Shown here: piece after piece, positions 49,902 through 61,335 of the stretch
Position numbering within the stretch: the stretch's first letter is position 1
How the letters are laid out: each line of letters starts with the position of its first letter
Assembly (NCBI RefSeq): GCF_964355755.1
Contig: NC_092674.1
Location: 24,242,001 to 24,306,000 of the forward strand
Direction of reading: 5' to 3'
From: Antedon mediterranea
Lineage: Eukaryota > Animalia > Echinodermata
Length of the DNA stretch: 64,000 nt
Position numbers and translations under genes: made by a program
The notes under the pieces: model-generated
The model's input: the letters and a program-made list of their open reading frames with translations, nothing else
Databases searched by the model: none
What the model was told of the DNA's origin: nothing

Positions 49902-50919
49902 TTATCACTTAAAAAAAACAAAAAACTCAACAGATCATAAAGTCAAGATTACAGATTATTGCCTAAGAATTATAAGTAGATCGAATTAATTGATAGAAAA
50001 ATGATTGCCTAACATCCCCTAAAATCACCCCCTCCCCTCCCGAAAATGCAGCCATTTATGCAAGGGTATCTATCGCTGAGGTTACTGAGGCACTGTTATC
50101 GCCAATACGGTTATCGGTGGTGTTAACACAAGTGGACCTGATTTGAGATCGTGCGATGTTTATCCCTGAGATTTATAGGCAACATTATTAGAAATGGCTA
50201 CCCAACTAATCCCTCTGCTCCAAGAACTGTTAAACTCAATAGCTTACCTTAAAGGAAAAGTTCAGCCATAAGCCTAAATATAACTCCTGCATCTGGCGAA
50301 AGTCCTGTGACAATTAAGAGCCTTACATTAAATTATTTTTATAAGCGTAATCACTTTTAACAAGATACTGTCATAGTATGTACTTTGGATCTCGATAAGT
50401 ATGTATTGAACTTTATGATATTATAACTACGTTCACTCTCAATGGCCCTTTGGCCCACTTAAAGTTTACAACGTCGAAATGTGTCTATCTGAGGTGTGAA
50501 GGGGAAAGAATCGGCCTCCACTCGAAACACCAGTAATACTCCTATATCATCTCTAAGCCAGAAATAAATACTTATGTATACATCACTATCTTTGTGGCGC
50601 CATTTCCTCAGATTGTCGCAAACTTTATAGCAGTTTTGAAATAATACAATATGTTTTTTATGACAATTAAATAATTGAAAAAGACTTTATTGTAGGCCTA
50701 CTTGAAATATCCTTTCATTTACCATGTGATATGCCTAACATAACAATAAATGTAAACAAACCATACTATAAATATATATTGTAAATTAGTGTATTACACA
50801 ACCGTTTGACAACGAGACTCTTTATCGATCATTATCAATATCAGAGCACTTCTTTTTATTTCTTCAAAAAGTATTATAAATACAATTTAGGCCTCCCATA
50901 GCTGTTGATTACGTAATTT

Positions 50920-51024
50920 AAACTTGGACCACGTGTGTCGTCATGAGAGTGGTGGGTAGTGATGCGTGTTGATCGTATGGCATTTCATCATTGTTGAAAC
51001 GTTGTGTTGAGAAACAGCAGTAAA
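50920..51024 (+). promoter_or_regulatory. DPH3 proximal promoter / 5' UTR with E-box
   Basis: CACGTG at 50930-50935 in a locally GC-richer stretch just upstream of the ATG. Confidence 0.4.
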
Positions 51025-51132
51025 ATGTCTGTTTTTCACGACGAAATCGAAATAGAAGATTTTGAATATGACGAAGAAAATGAACTCTATCATTTTCCAT
51101 GTCCATGTGGAGACAGATTTGAGATATATAAG
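51025..51132 (+). CDS. DPH3: DPH3 exon 1
   Basis: aaaATG...[13 protein letters not shown]|gtagtt. Confidence 0.96.
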
Positions 51133-54100
51133 GTAGTTTTATCTGAATTTTCTTCTAGAATATGCTAAGGCTAAGCGGCAGTATATTATTATATATAGGC
51201 CTAGCTAGGCCGATTTGTTAGGCTCATTAGAGTCTAGTAGGCCTAGAGTCCCCTCACTTACCTACCCTCCACTACTAGGGCTAGGGCCTACTCTCTACTA
51301 CTAGGCCTACCACTAGCCAGACCTAGCTAGCTAGGACTGCCTGGGTTGTATGATTAGGAATGCTGCTACTACAGACAGGTAATAATTATGGGTTGTTGTA
51401 GCTTGTTTTATTTTTTTATTTATTGTGGTATAGGGCCTAACTATTAATAATAATAAATACCTAAAAAAAAAAAAAAATGTTATGTAGCCTAAACTAAGCC
51501 TATTTGTACGTTTTAGTTAGCAGGTTTAGTGAATTATTCACTTCAGAAATTAAAAAAATATTTTTCTGTCTATTTTAACGCTTTGATCTTTCAGGAGGAC
51601 TTGATGAATGGGGAAGATGTCGCTACGTGTCCAAGTTGCTCTCTCATCATTAAAGTTATTTATGATGTTGTAAGTATTATAAGTATAACTAATCAAACAA
51701 AACATACACAACAGCAATCAGATTACAAAAAAAAATTGATTTTAATTAATTAAGCCCCATTTAAAAAAAAAACCGAACTAAAGTGTAGGCCAACACAGAG
51801 TTTACTATTAATATTATGTTTGTTTTCTTCTGTGCTTCTTCATTAAGAATTGGTATAATAATACTCTATGAATAATACTCCATGGATAATGCACTTGTCA
51901 ATTGTATGACCCACTATACGACCCCCGGGAGAGGTGCGTCATTTGTCCGATGTGCGTCATACTTTTGAATACCATGACGCACGCGTGCGTCAAAAAGGTG
52001 ACTTACCTTTAGGTGACCATGACGCACCCATTTTGACGCACTGTGACCATGTTGTTTATGATATGGTGGGTGGTAAAGTGACGGACATTGACACACCTTG
52101 TTCATTGATGTGACGTACCATCTAGGTTTTTTGACGCACCCCTGCGTCAGTAATTATTTGTAAATGACGCACCTCTCCCGGGGGTCGTATAGTGGGTCAT
52201 ACAATTGACAAGTGCATAATACTCTCCATGCATAGCCTCTAAGTGCTTCACATTAATACCCTGGTTATTTTTGGATGGAAACATACACCCATAATGCAGC
52301 CCAGTACCGCACCAGGTATCCCTTGGGTTGAGAGAGGCAAAACGTAAAATAAAGTTTCTTGCCTAAGGACAAAAGCAATGCGATGTGATTCAAACTCGCG
52401 ATCAGTAGTAATCTAATGTCCAACACACTGCGTCAATGTCAATTTAATGGAGTATCCTGTGACTATGTATAACTGTGGTTTGAATGTGTTAAAGGCCCAT
52501 TCCCTACGTTTTTTAGATCTAATTTAAGATCACAAACTATATTTAATGTAAAAATAATACTATATGGTCCTATTGCGATAACTTTTTTCGTCTTTAAACG
52601 GTTAAAAATGTGAAAAATAAGTCGATTCTAATAATTATAGCGGCCCGCTATAAATCCCAAAATGCATTGCGCGCGGATTGATATTTTTGTTTTTCACCTG
52701 TAATTCGCCCACTTTTCGATCGATCGTGAGGCCAAAACAAATGGAAGACTCCTAACTTTTCAGCGAAAATACCGGGTTTTCCCCAATTTGTATCAACGGA
52801 GTCTGGCAAAAACAGAAAGACAATTAATGCAGCAACTATACAACGTCAGGCTAGGTATATAGCTAGCGTACGATGTTCGTACGTTACCGATGTTTACCAG
52901 CTAGGCCTACAAAACTAAGCCTAGCTAGGCTAGGCCTAAGACCGTCCACGAGAGGTCGATCGCCGCGAGCTACTTAGGTAGTGCATTGTTTCTCACTTTT
53001 TTATCATAATTTACCATAAAACGTACATTTAAGACAAGAAACGACATGGTTTAATGTTTTTAAAGTGATATATATGTATTATTTTCCAAAAAACGTTCAA
53101 AATTGCAGGGAAGGGGTCTTTAAAGATCCATCTATTAGTATTAGTTTATAACATTATCCTGCTGACAAACAAACATGGATACAGGGAATAATTTCGCCAG
53201 TGTAGCGTAGCAAAAAGCTATACAAAACAACCTTCTTGCTACACATTTCCAGGGAAAAATTTCATTTTAAAATTTTGTTTAGCAATAATGCTAATCAAAC
53301 TGATTTTGGAGTCAAGAAACATAGTTTTGTATTGTATTTTTTGATACACAATTTTAGAAATGTGTAGCAATAAGGTTGTTTTGTATAGCTTTTTGCTATG
53401 CTACACTGGCGAAATTATTCCCTGATTTCTACAATTGTGTAGCAAAAAATACGATAGAAAACTATGTTTCTTGACTCAGAAATCAGTTTGATTAGCAATA
53501 TTCCTAAACAAAATTTTAAAATGAAATTTTTCCCTGGGATACAAACCCCACAAAAATATTGCAGAGCCTAATAATGTCGCCATGGTATTTACTGTAGTCA
53601 TACTGTAGTATTCAGAATTCCATTTACTTTACCATATGCAACATTTTCCTTTCAAATGACATTTATTTTCCTCCATAGCAATACAATACAAAATAGTATA
53701 CAGAAATGGTAAGGTAAAATAATTAAGATTATGATGATTGTTGGATAGACAAAAGAAAAGAGAATTAAAAAAAAAAAGGCTATGGAGGAAGGCGTAATCC
53801 CGAGAAGATGTGGGTATCTTGTGCTGGGTATGCCTATGCTAATAAAATGGATACATTGATTTTGGTTCTGTTAAATTTCTCTGGTGTTGGATGAAATATG
53901 TTTTCTACTCTGTATTTAATATTCACAACTACTATATTTACTGTAAATTATTGTAAAAAAATCAGATTTTAGTCAGTTAAAATTAAGTTTGTTAAATTAT
54001 ACTCTAAAAGTAAGTGTGAAAAAAACATTTTACTTGTTTAGCTATCCAGAGGGAGAAATTAGGCCGATTGGATGGACTTAAAATAACATTTACTGTAGGC

Positions 54101-57100
54101 TGGGTGACTGAAAGACTTTGATGACTCTGTTCATCATTGCTCAACACTTGCAAGGAGAGAGTAATTCTTTTTTGAAAGCAAACGGCAAGCACTGTCACTG
54201 TAGCAGGAAAATAATTCTATTTTTTTTAGTTTTGAGCGAACACATAACCATGCCCAACATATCCCCCCCCCCATCCCCGCACAAACAAACATAGTATTAC
54301 ATTTCCTAATGTGACCAAGACGAAATGTACAACGAATTATATAAAATATGACCAGATTTTAAAATAAAATTATCTCTTCATTATTTACTACTTTAAAATG
54401 CGTATTTAAATTGATTACTGATTGTCAATGTCAATTAATTTAATAACACTGACAGCTTACCAATAATACTATATATAACACTAAAAAAAAAAGTGCATCC
54501 TACCTACCTTACCGCAGAAAATATTCAACTGTCAACGTTGAATACTTTGATTCACCACAAACTTCCAAATTAATGATAGCGATTTCCAAATTTATCTGTT
54601 CATCACACGCATCTCAAGACAAAAGCGAGGGGTAGATTTCATGCTGTTTGTTTTTATAATCTTTGTTTCTTACGGTTGTACATCTTCGCTATTTGTTTGT
54701 AACAGAGGTTTGAGTGTATTGGGTTAATTAAGCAGATACTCTGGCAACAAAGAGCAGTTAAGTAGCAGACGGCTTTACAGCATTCATAATTAATGTAGCA
54801 TAGTACTATAAACGTTGAATTAAGCTGCTCCTGTGGGTAGATACACTTATTTATTGTGTTTTCGTTTTGTTTTGCTATCATGGGGGTTTACTCCTATTAA
54901 TACTGTAAATATTTCAAAGAACTTTGGCCTTTTAAATTTCTTGTTGAAAACTTAGTGTAAACATTTTCGTGTCAAATGTTTGGAAGTGTTATATCTTTCT
55001 GATCGTTAGGACCTTGACTAGAGTAAACAAAGTTGCGTGCAACAAAGTGTACCTCGTGCAACGACGTTACATTTTGGTCCTCAACCCCTTTTTTTTCTCC
55101 TTATGAAATACCAAATGCTGAATCCCTTATTAAATGTTTTTGAAAATTTATTTTAACCATGCTGTTAATTTTGTACTTATTTTGGTCTTTATTTTGTGTG
55201 TGGAAAATAATTTTTTTTTTAAATAACCAAAAATGAAGTTATGCATTCAATAGTTTGTTTCAACTATTATGATGGTTTTTTTGTTTAGGAATGCAAGAAA
55301 ATTCAATTCTGCATGTTTTCCATTGTTTACCAAATGCTAGAAAAACGGCAAATGTGCAAGCTCATTATAAATTTTACAGCTTGGCTTTGTATGAAATATT
55401 TAAAATGAGTTAGAAATTTAAAAAAAAAACGTTATGGTACTGTACAATTGGATCCACAGCTAATTTACAGCTATTACCACAGTATTGTTAAGAAATGATT
55501 ACCGTAATTACCCAGTTTTCCACCCATGTCCCCAGAAATTCAAGTTCTAGAAGCACCCTGAGTGTAATCCTCATATGATGATGATATGATGAAGTATTGG
55601 TCATCTTGACCAATTCTTAAGGAAATTTCATTAAAAAAATTATGGCCATTAAAATGTGGGGTTGGGGGAGGGGCTATAATTTATGCTATTCATGCTATAA
55701 TTTATAGAGAAAATATTTAATAATTTTACCAGACTTACTGTATTAGGAAAAATCTTTAGCAATTGAATGTAGGTTTACAATGATAATATGCATCTAATTA
55801 TTCTGAATTAAAACATAAAGTATTAATTTAAAGAAAAGAATATAGAAACTTACTGTACCATTAGCTGGAGCAATTAATATCATAATGTTCCTGATAGACT
55901 GTTAGCTGTTAAATGCAATTGTTCATAGTTAATTGAAAAATAATTGTTAATTGTCATACAGCAGTTGTATAGAGTAATAATTTATGAGTGATAGAGAATT
56001 TTAGTTGTATTGTCACATAAGGGGACAGGTGATTGTGACATTGAAATTGATAAATATGAAATTCTATCTTACTCTAATTTGTAAAGCTCTGATACTTTTG
56101 ACTTGGTGTTTTTGAATGACAGTACAGTATATAAAGCTAACATCTATTATAACACTGTAGTAAACAATAGATGCCAGGCACTTTCCAAAGTGTGGCATAT
56201 GATGATGTACTGTACATTGTGGAAATTGCATCACCAATGCATCGCCTTTAGTTAAAACTAAAAAGTAAACTAGTAGTAGGGCTAGAGTATAAATCATGTG
56301 TTTGGGATGCTTTGTTTTATCCAAAACAGTCACTGGAAATATTGAATCTTTAGCGGTAGTAAGGGCATGTGGACGTTGGATTGTGAGATCATGGGTTCAA
56401 ATCCAACACTCACTGCATTACTTGCTAAGTAAATGGGTACCTGGTAAGGTCAATACACAACTTGCGCTGATTAGTACAGTAGCTGCATTATGGGAGTATG
56501 TTTCCATCTGAATTTGATCAAAAAATGACAGGGGTAATTTTATAATTTATCGTCTTATTTAAGGCTAAAGCTTGGTTCCCACTAGAACGTAACGCAAGGA
56601 CGTAAACGCAACGCAAGCGTTTTAACCAATGACAAGCGAAGTTATAGACAGTTAGCAATCACAAGAAGCGAATAAGCCATCGCTTGTGATTGGTCAATTC
56701 ACTTGCGTTGTGTTACGTCCTTGTGTTGCGTCGCTAGTGGGAACCACGCTTTAGGGAGTGGAGTTAAAAGAGTTGCAGTACAACCCTGGCACTAGGAGGA
56801 TTGAACCCTGGACCTTGGGTTTGGAAGGCAAGCATGTTAACCACCAAGCTACAGCTCCACTACCAATTAATAATATGTACATCGTTTATAGGTTTTACAA
56901 CATTAGGCGCTTTATAAATCCAGGATATTATTATATTATAGACAGGAGATCGATTGAAATATTGAGAAATTCCTGCGATTATCAGTACTAGACTTTAGAG
57001 TCCTGCCAATATTTCAAATCAAAAAATCAACATAAAGGGTATTCAATCACAATGTTTTTGTTTTTCAGGATGATTTTCTTGAGGGTGAAGTTGTTGAGAC

Positions 57101-57134
57101 TTCATCTGGATCTAAAGGGATGGCAGTGGCATAA
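51025..57134 (+). CDS. DPH3: Diphthamide biosynthesis protein 3 (CSL zinc finger), 3 exons, 82 aa
   Basis: Exons 51025-51132, 51595-51669, 57069-57134: [36 protein letters not shown]|[25 protein letters not shown]|[21 protein letters not shown]; hallmark CPCGD and CPSCSL motifs. Confidence 0.96.
51595..51669 (+). CDS. DPH3: DPH3 exon 2
   Basis: ttcag|[25 protein letters not shown]|gtaagt. Confidence 0.96.
51891..52215. mobile_element. MITE with perfect 54-bp TIRs
   Basis: 51891-51944 is the exact reverse complement of 52162-52215; flanked by ATAAT on both sides (or TAA if the ends are T-GCAC). Confidence 0.9.
52235..52432 (-). mobile_element. Degenerate tRNA-derived SINE
   Basis: Minus strand: B-box-like gagtttgaatc, tgtccttaggcaagaaacttta core, ctgcattatgggtgtatgtttccatc segment shared with 56350-56545, 3' aatgtgaagcacttagag. 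Confidence 0.6.
52493..53119. mobile_element. Non-autonomous Kolobok-like DNA transposon (627 bp)
   Basis: TTAA|AGGCCCATTCCCT...AGGGAAGGGGTCT|TTAA; TIRs match at 11/13. Confidence 0.7.
53182..53536. mobile_element. 175-bp MITE containing an inverted copy of itself (53250-53424)
   Basis: TIR CAGGGAAWAATTTC; outer TSD GGATA, inner TSD ATTTC; both elements are 175 bp. Confidence 0.9.
56350..56545 (+). mobile_element. Degenerate tRNA-derived SINE (same family as 52235-52432)
   Basis: A-box-like tagcggtagtaagg, B box ggttcaaatcc, gtaaatgggtacctgg, ctgcattatgggagtatgtttccatc. Confidence 0.6.
56566..56753. mobile_element. Palindromic MITE family A, second full copy
   Basis: Same TIRs and internal CGCAA/TTGCG repeats as 6431-6614; degenerate copies at ~968-1080, 9354-9461, 18372-18502, 33656-33733, 49604-49695. 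Confidence 0.85.
56780..56852 (-). mobile_element. tRNA-like SINE head fragment
   Basis: Minus strand gtagcttggtggttaacatgcttgccttccaaacccaaggtccagggttcaatcct: A and B boxes, no acceptor stem. Confidence 0.5.
57069..57134 (+). CDS. DPH3: DPH3 exon 3
   Basis: tttttcag|[21 protein letters not shown]; phase 0, completes an 82-aa protein. Confidence 0.85.
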   Translation, partial: DDFLEGEVVETSSGSKGMAVA

Positions 57135-57286
57135 CGAAGCAAAGAAGTCTGCTAGAAATTAGATAAAGGAGGTCACCCAAAGATTTACGATTGTGTGCTT
57201 ATGTCTTGGAGATTGACCAGCTGGAGACTGACCATTGGAAATTAGACTGTAATGATGAAGGTTGATGCAGATGTTGTATGCCAGCA

Positions 57287-57474
57287 ATTGGAAGATGGCC
57301 AGAAGAGTCATGAATGCTGGATTGTCTGATCATTGGAAGACGACCATAAGAGCCATGAATGCTGGATTGTCTGATCATTGGAAGATGACCAGAAGAGTCA
57401 TGAATGCTGGATTGTCTGATCATTGGAAGACGACCATAAGAGCCATGAATGCTGGATTGTCCAATCATTGGAAG
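57287..57474. repeat. 45-bp tandem repeat (4.2 units, alternating A/B) downstream of the DPH3 stop
   Basis: Units start attggaag at 57287, 57332, 57377, 57422 and 57467. Confidence 0.95.
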
Positions 57475-58155
57475 GGTTGATAGAGAACCCTTGAGAGGGC
57501 ATCAATTATGTACAGAGCTATAACACAAAATGCTACAAACATTTTACAACTAATTATAAATGTATTTATTATTTATTGTAGCATGTTCAAAACCGGTTTA
57601 TAAAATTTTTAGTCAACGCGTTTCTTGTGGAACGAAAATACTGTTCTTTCAAAATACGATATTTAAATCCGTATTGCTAAGTAGAAACGGGCCCTAATTT
57701 ATTAAATTCATCTTTAAACTCTGACCTCTGATTTACCTTTTGACAGGTGTGATTTTCCTAAATTGTCAATGTCAAAGTGTCAATATGTAAATAAATAATA
57801 CACTCAATTGGGACAGGTGTCATTATGTAAATATTCCATATGTTTTATGATGACATATTAAAAGAATAAATCCTTTGTAGTAGTTGCAATAGTCTATTTT
57901 GAAGCTAAGGTTCAAAAGGCCATTAAATGATAAATCATCATTTAAAGTATCAATATATTTTGAAATAAACAGTTTATTCGGCTGCGCTATGCAGCAGAAA
58001 CATACCCTTTTCTCTAGTATTTCTTTAATAAGAGTGCCCTACTGTAATGGATGTCTTGTCCATAGTCTGACATTGCAGCTGAAATATAGGTGTGACACAC
58101 TGTGTGCCAGTTTTATTACAACCAAAATTCAGATTAATCGTAGTTTAGATCCTAG

Positions 58156-58500
58156 ATTACAGACTACTACTAATTAGATGTTTTGCCCTACTCTGACGTA
58201 ATTTGTACTTTATACTAAGTACATTTTAAGAATACTTGCGAAAAAATTTGCATGTAGTTTTCAGGTGGGACTCGAACCCACGACCTCCAGATCACTAGCC
58301 TGGCGTTCATACCTCTTGACCACCGAGCTTGCGCTGATGGCTAGTGGTTAGATTCGAGCCCAAGTTAGCAGCGGGTACTACCCCAAAAGGATTGTAATTG
58401 TAGCTAAAATGTACTTAGTATAAAGTACAAATTACGTCAGAGTAGGGCAAAACATCTAATTACTCAACTCCCTGACGAAAAACTACAATTACAGACTACT
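58156..58500 (-). mobile_element. tRNA-derived retroposed element with internal inversion and TSD
   Basis: tRNA-like head 58262-58331 (minus; tggtcaagagg A box, ggttcgagtcc B box, CCAGG-ctAGTga-TCTGG arm); perfect 58-bp inverted repeat 58171-58228/58405-58462; direct repeat attacagactact at 58156 and 58488. Confidence 0.75.
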
Positions 58501-60329
58501 AATTGTATTATTTTTAATCATACTTTACTGCAGTGGGTCTATTGTTTATTCCAACATACTTGCAAAAGGACAGTCCTGTGACACAACCAATCATCAAGGA
58601 GTACATTTTTAGTGTAATATGATTATGTATTCAAGTTTTTGGAAATTATATTAGTAGGTTAGAGGTCCTTCATTGTGGAGGTTTTAATTGCTCAATTATA
58701 CAATTTTGAGTTAGTGTGGTTTAGGTAGTTTTAATATTACAAATAAGGATCTTTACACATGAACACAAATAATAAACTGAATTTGAAAATACAGTATCTT
58801 AAATTTCAATGGAGTTGCAGCCCATCATTGAATATAGCCATTGGTTACTTTAATTTTATTCATCAAATCATTTGTAATTAAAAATTGTTTACTATTTTAA
58901 AATTGTATTAATGATATTTTACAGCTCTATGAAACATGATTGTGGTTTTAAGTTGGATTACAATATAGAAAAATATAGTACCCTTTGTTTATTAGCATGT
59001 GCAAACTCATAAACTAATGTACAGGGTTGTATAAAGTGTCAATAAGATTTTATATATTACATTATATTATAATAAAACATAAAATGAATGATAATGTGTG
59101 AAATTTGTTTAGTACAATGAGTATTAAAAAAGCTTATAATTCCTGTCAATATTTGTATAATTATTTCAGATCGGTCAAAAGTATTCCATTGACAACCTAA
59201 ATTTAAGTTTCAATATTAACCATTTGAGTTGTTTTGCAGTTGTCAATACCATGTTTATTCTCATTCTTTATTGCCAATCAAAACAACAACAAACAAACAA
59301 CTACAGTAAGTGGCCGTAAACACAAAAGGGCACTAAATTCCTATGACGAGCCCGTGAATCCTCTTAACAAGTAGCACATAAAGATACAATTTAGCATTTC
59401 AATAAATATATCAGAAAATATCCACACAAGAAAAAATAAAAAAACATTCATAAAAATACAAAAACAAGCAGAAAAGTAAAACAACTTTACAAACATCTTC
59501 ATGGTTTTCTACTCTTACTCTCTCCACCCTCTATTCTCCAGCCTGTTTCTTCTTTGTTTTTATTTCTTTTATTCCAGTCCACTCCGGCAGCGCTTGTCTG
59601 CTTAATATTCTTAATACTGTCACTTGCACCGATGAAGGGCTAGTGTTGGCCAAAAGCTCTGACAATTTTTCTAGCTGTTTTACTTTATCGTTTTGATTTA
59701 GCTTTTTGCTTATTTTATTTTGTATATATCCATTGAGATCCAGCCACTGATATCCACAGTACATTTTTCAGTAATTTTTACTGATTTATAGTTATTTCAC
59801 AGATATAATTGATGACATCATACCAGAAAATAAGAGGATAAGTGACAGGGAAATGTTTAAACAAAATCGTACTGTATACTGTATTGGCTGCTAAAGTATT
59901 ATCCTAGTGCACTTCTATATCCTTGCGTGGCAGCAGCGCATCTGCTGAAAGTCTTTCAGAGGCATAAAGATCTGTCTAAGATCTGTCAACACTATCAACA
60001 AAATGTAACGTTTTTTTTGTGAAACTAGTTTGATTGTGTGGACAGAACTTAATACACAACGTTGGATCAATTTTGCTAATTTACTTTTTATAGAGAAATT
60101 AAAAACATTCTTTAATTTTCATTTTTATTATCATCAGTATGCAAATACATTATTTATTACACTGATCTAATTATGTAGTATTTTTATAAACCAACAGTTT
60201 GTACATCATGAAGTCTACCTGTAGTCTACCACCAACCAACTCAGGAGAGCATTGTAATCACTACAGGTAAATCTCTTGAATATGTACACCTCCATCCTAA
60301 CATTTAGACCATCTTTATGTCCACATTAC

Positions 60330-60448
60330 TAAAGCTCAGTCTACACTATCAAACTTTATGTGACAACAAATGTGATGTCATTTCACTACCATATTTGGGT
60401 ACATCACACATTTTTTTGTCAAACTAGTTTGATAGTGTAGACAGCTTA
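60330..60448. mobile_element. Palindromic MITE family B
   Basis: TIR GTCTACACTATCAAACT...AGTTTGATAGTGTAGAC with TAA/TTA flanks; related copies at 6771-6880, 33456-33626, 37579-37727, 38672-38781, 59977-60051. Confidence 0.8.
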
Positions 60449-61111
60449 ATTCATTGGAAGTGACTATTCCGACCGTCAACCCTACGTCTACATTTTAGAT
60501 ATCTGCCGATAGACAACAGGACGAAGGTGCACAGCCGACATTGCTGATAAAATAAAAGGCATTAGACAAGCAGTTTTGATTGTGCCTTCAACCAAATATT
60601 GACCATCCTTATATAAAACTATAAAATTACATTTGACGGTTGACTGTGCTGATAGCCTCCATTGAACATTCAATTTTTCAGTGTGATATTGCTATAAAAG
60701 AGGCATAACAAACTACAAACCAAGCAACTCCAGCTTTATCTTTATGAGGTACATCTGTGTTTACTAATTATTTATTACTATAGAATATTGATAATACCTT
60801 GGTAAGTACTTTAACACGATGAATACATTTAATACATTTTTTATTCGTTTGAATTTCCCAATTATTACACTTCAATATTAGATTTTTATGGGTTGTCTGT
60901 ATGTCCAATTGCTTACAGTATTCTTTCATGTTTGGGAGTGAAATATTTGCATGAGCTGCGTGCCATAGCCTCAACGTTGTCCAGCCTCGGGCACATGATC
61001 TATCCATACATCTTGCTCTTCGAGTCAGTTTCCTGATTATGTAACACTTCAATTTCCATGAAAAAAATCCAGAATTTAATGATCGACAAAAAATTCTATT
61101 TTCAAAATGCG

Positions 61112-61335
61112 TTAATCTGGCATATCAATAGTTGCAGGCATAACATGTTTTCCAGAGGATGTATTGATAATTATCGGAGTTGGTGCTGGTGTTGGAAGCG
61201 TACGCACAGGGATCTGCTCCGTCTCTGGTGGGATATCCACTGGATGTAAAGTATATGTTATGTTTCCGTATTCTTGCAAGCATGGGCATACCTCTAATAA
61301 AAATGAGCAGAAATCCTTGCGAATCCCAAACCACC
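61112..61335 (-). CDS. TMEM185: TMEM185 terminal coding exon
   Basis: ttcag|[29 protein letters not shown]...PATIDMPD*. Confidence 0.94.

Noticed and set aside
51891-52215. RAG/Transib-type transposon with RSS-like ends
   Set aside because: Placing the ends at CAC destroys the TSD, and no heptamer-nonamer arrangement is present.
57287-57474. CRISPR array or SECIS element
   Set aside because: Contiguous tandem units without unique spacers in a eukaryotic locus; DPH3 ends in TAA with no in-frame UGA, and the ATGA/TGAT spacing does not fit a SECIS.
58262-58331. Functional tRNA-Thr(AGT) gene
   Set aside because: The anticodon and T arms fold but the acceptor stem does not pair; it is embedded in a repeated element with a second diverged copy.
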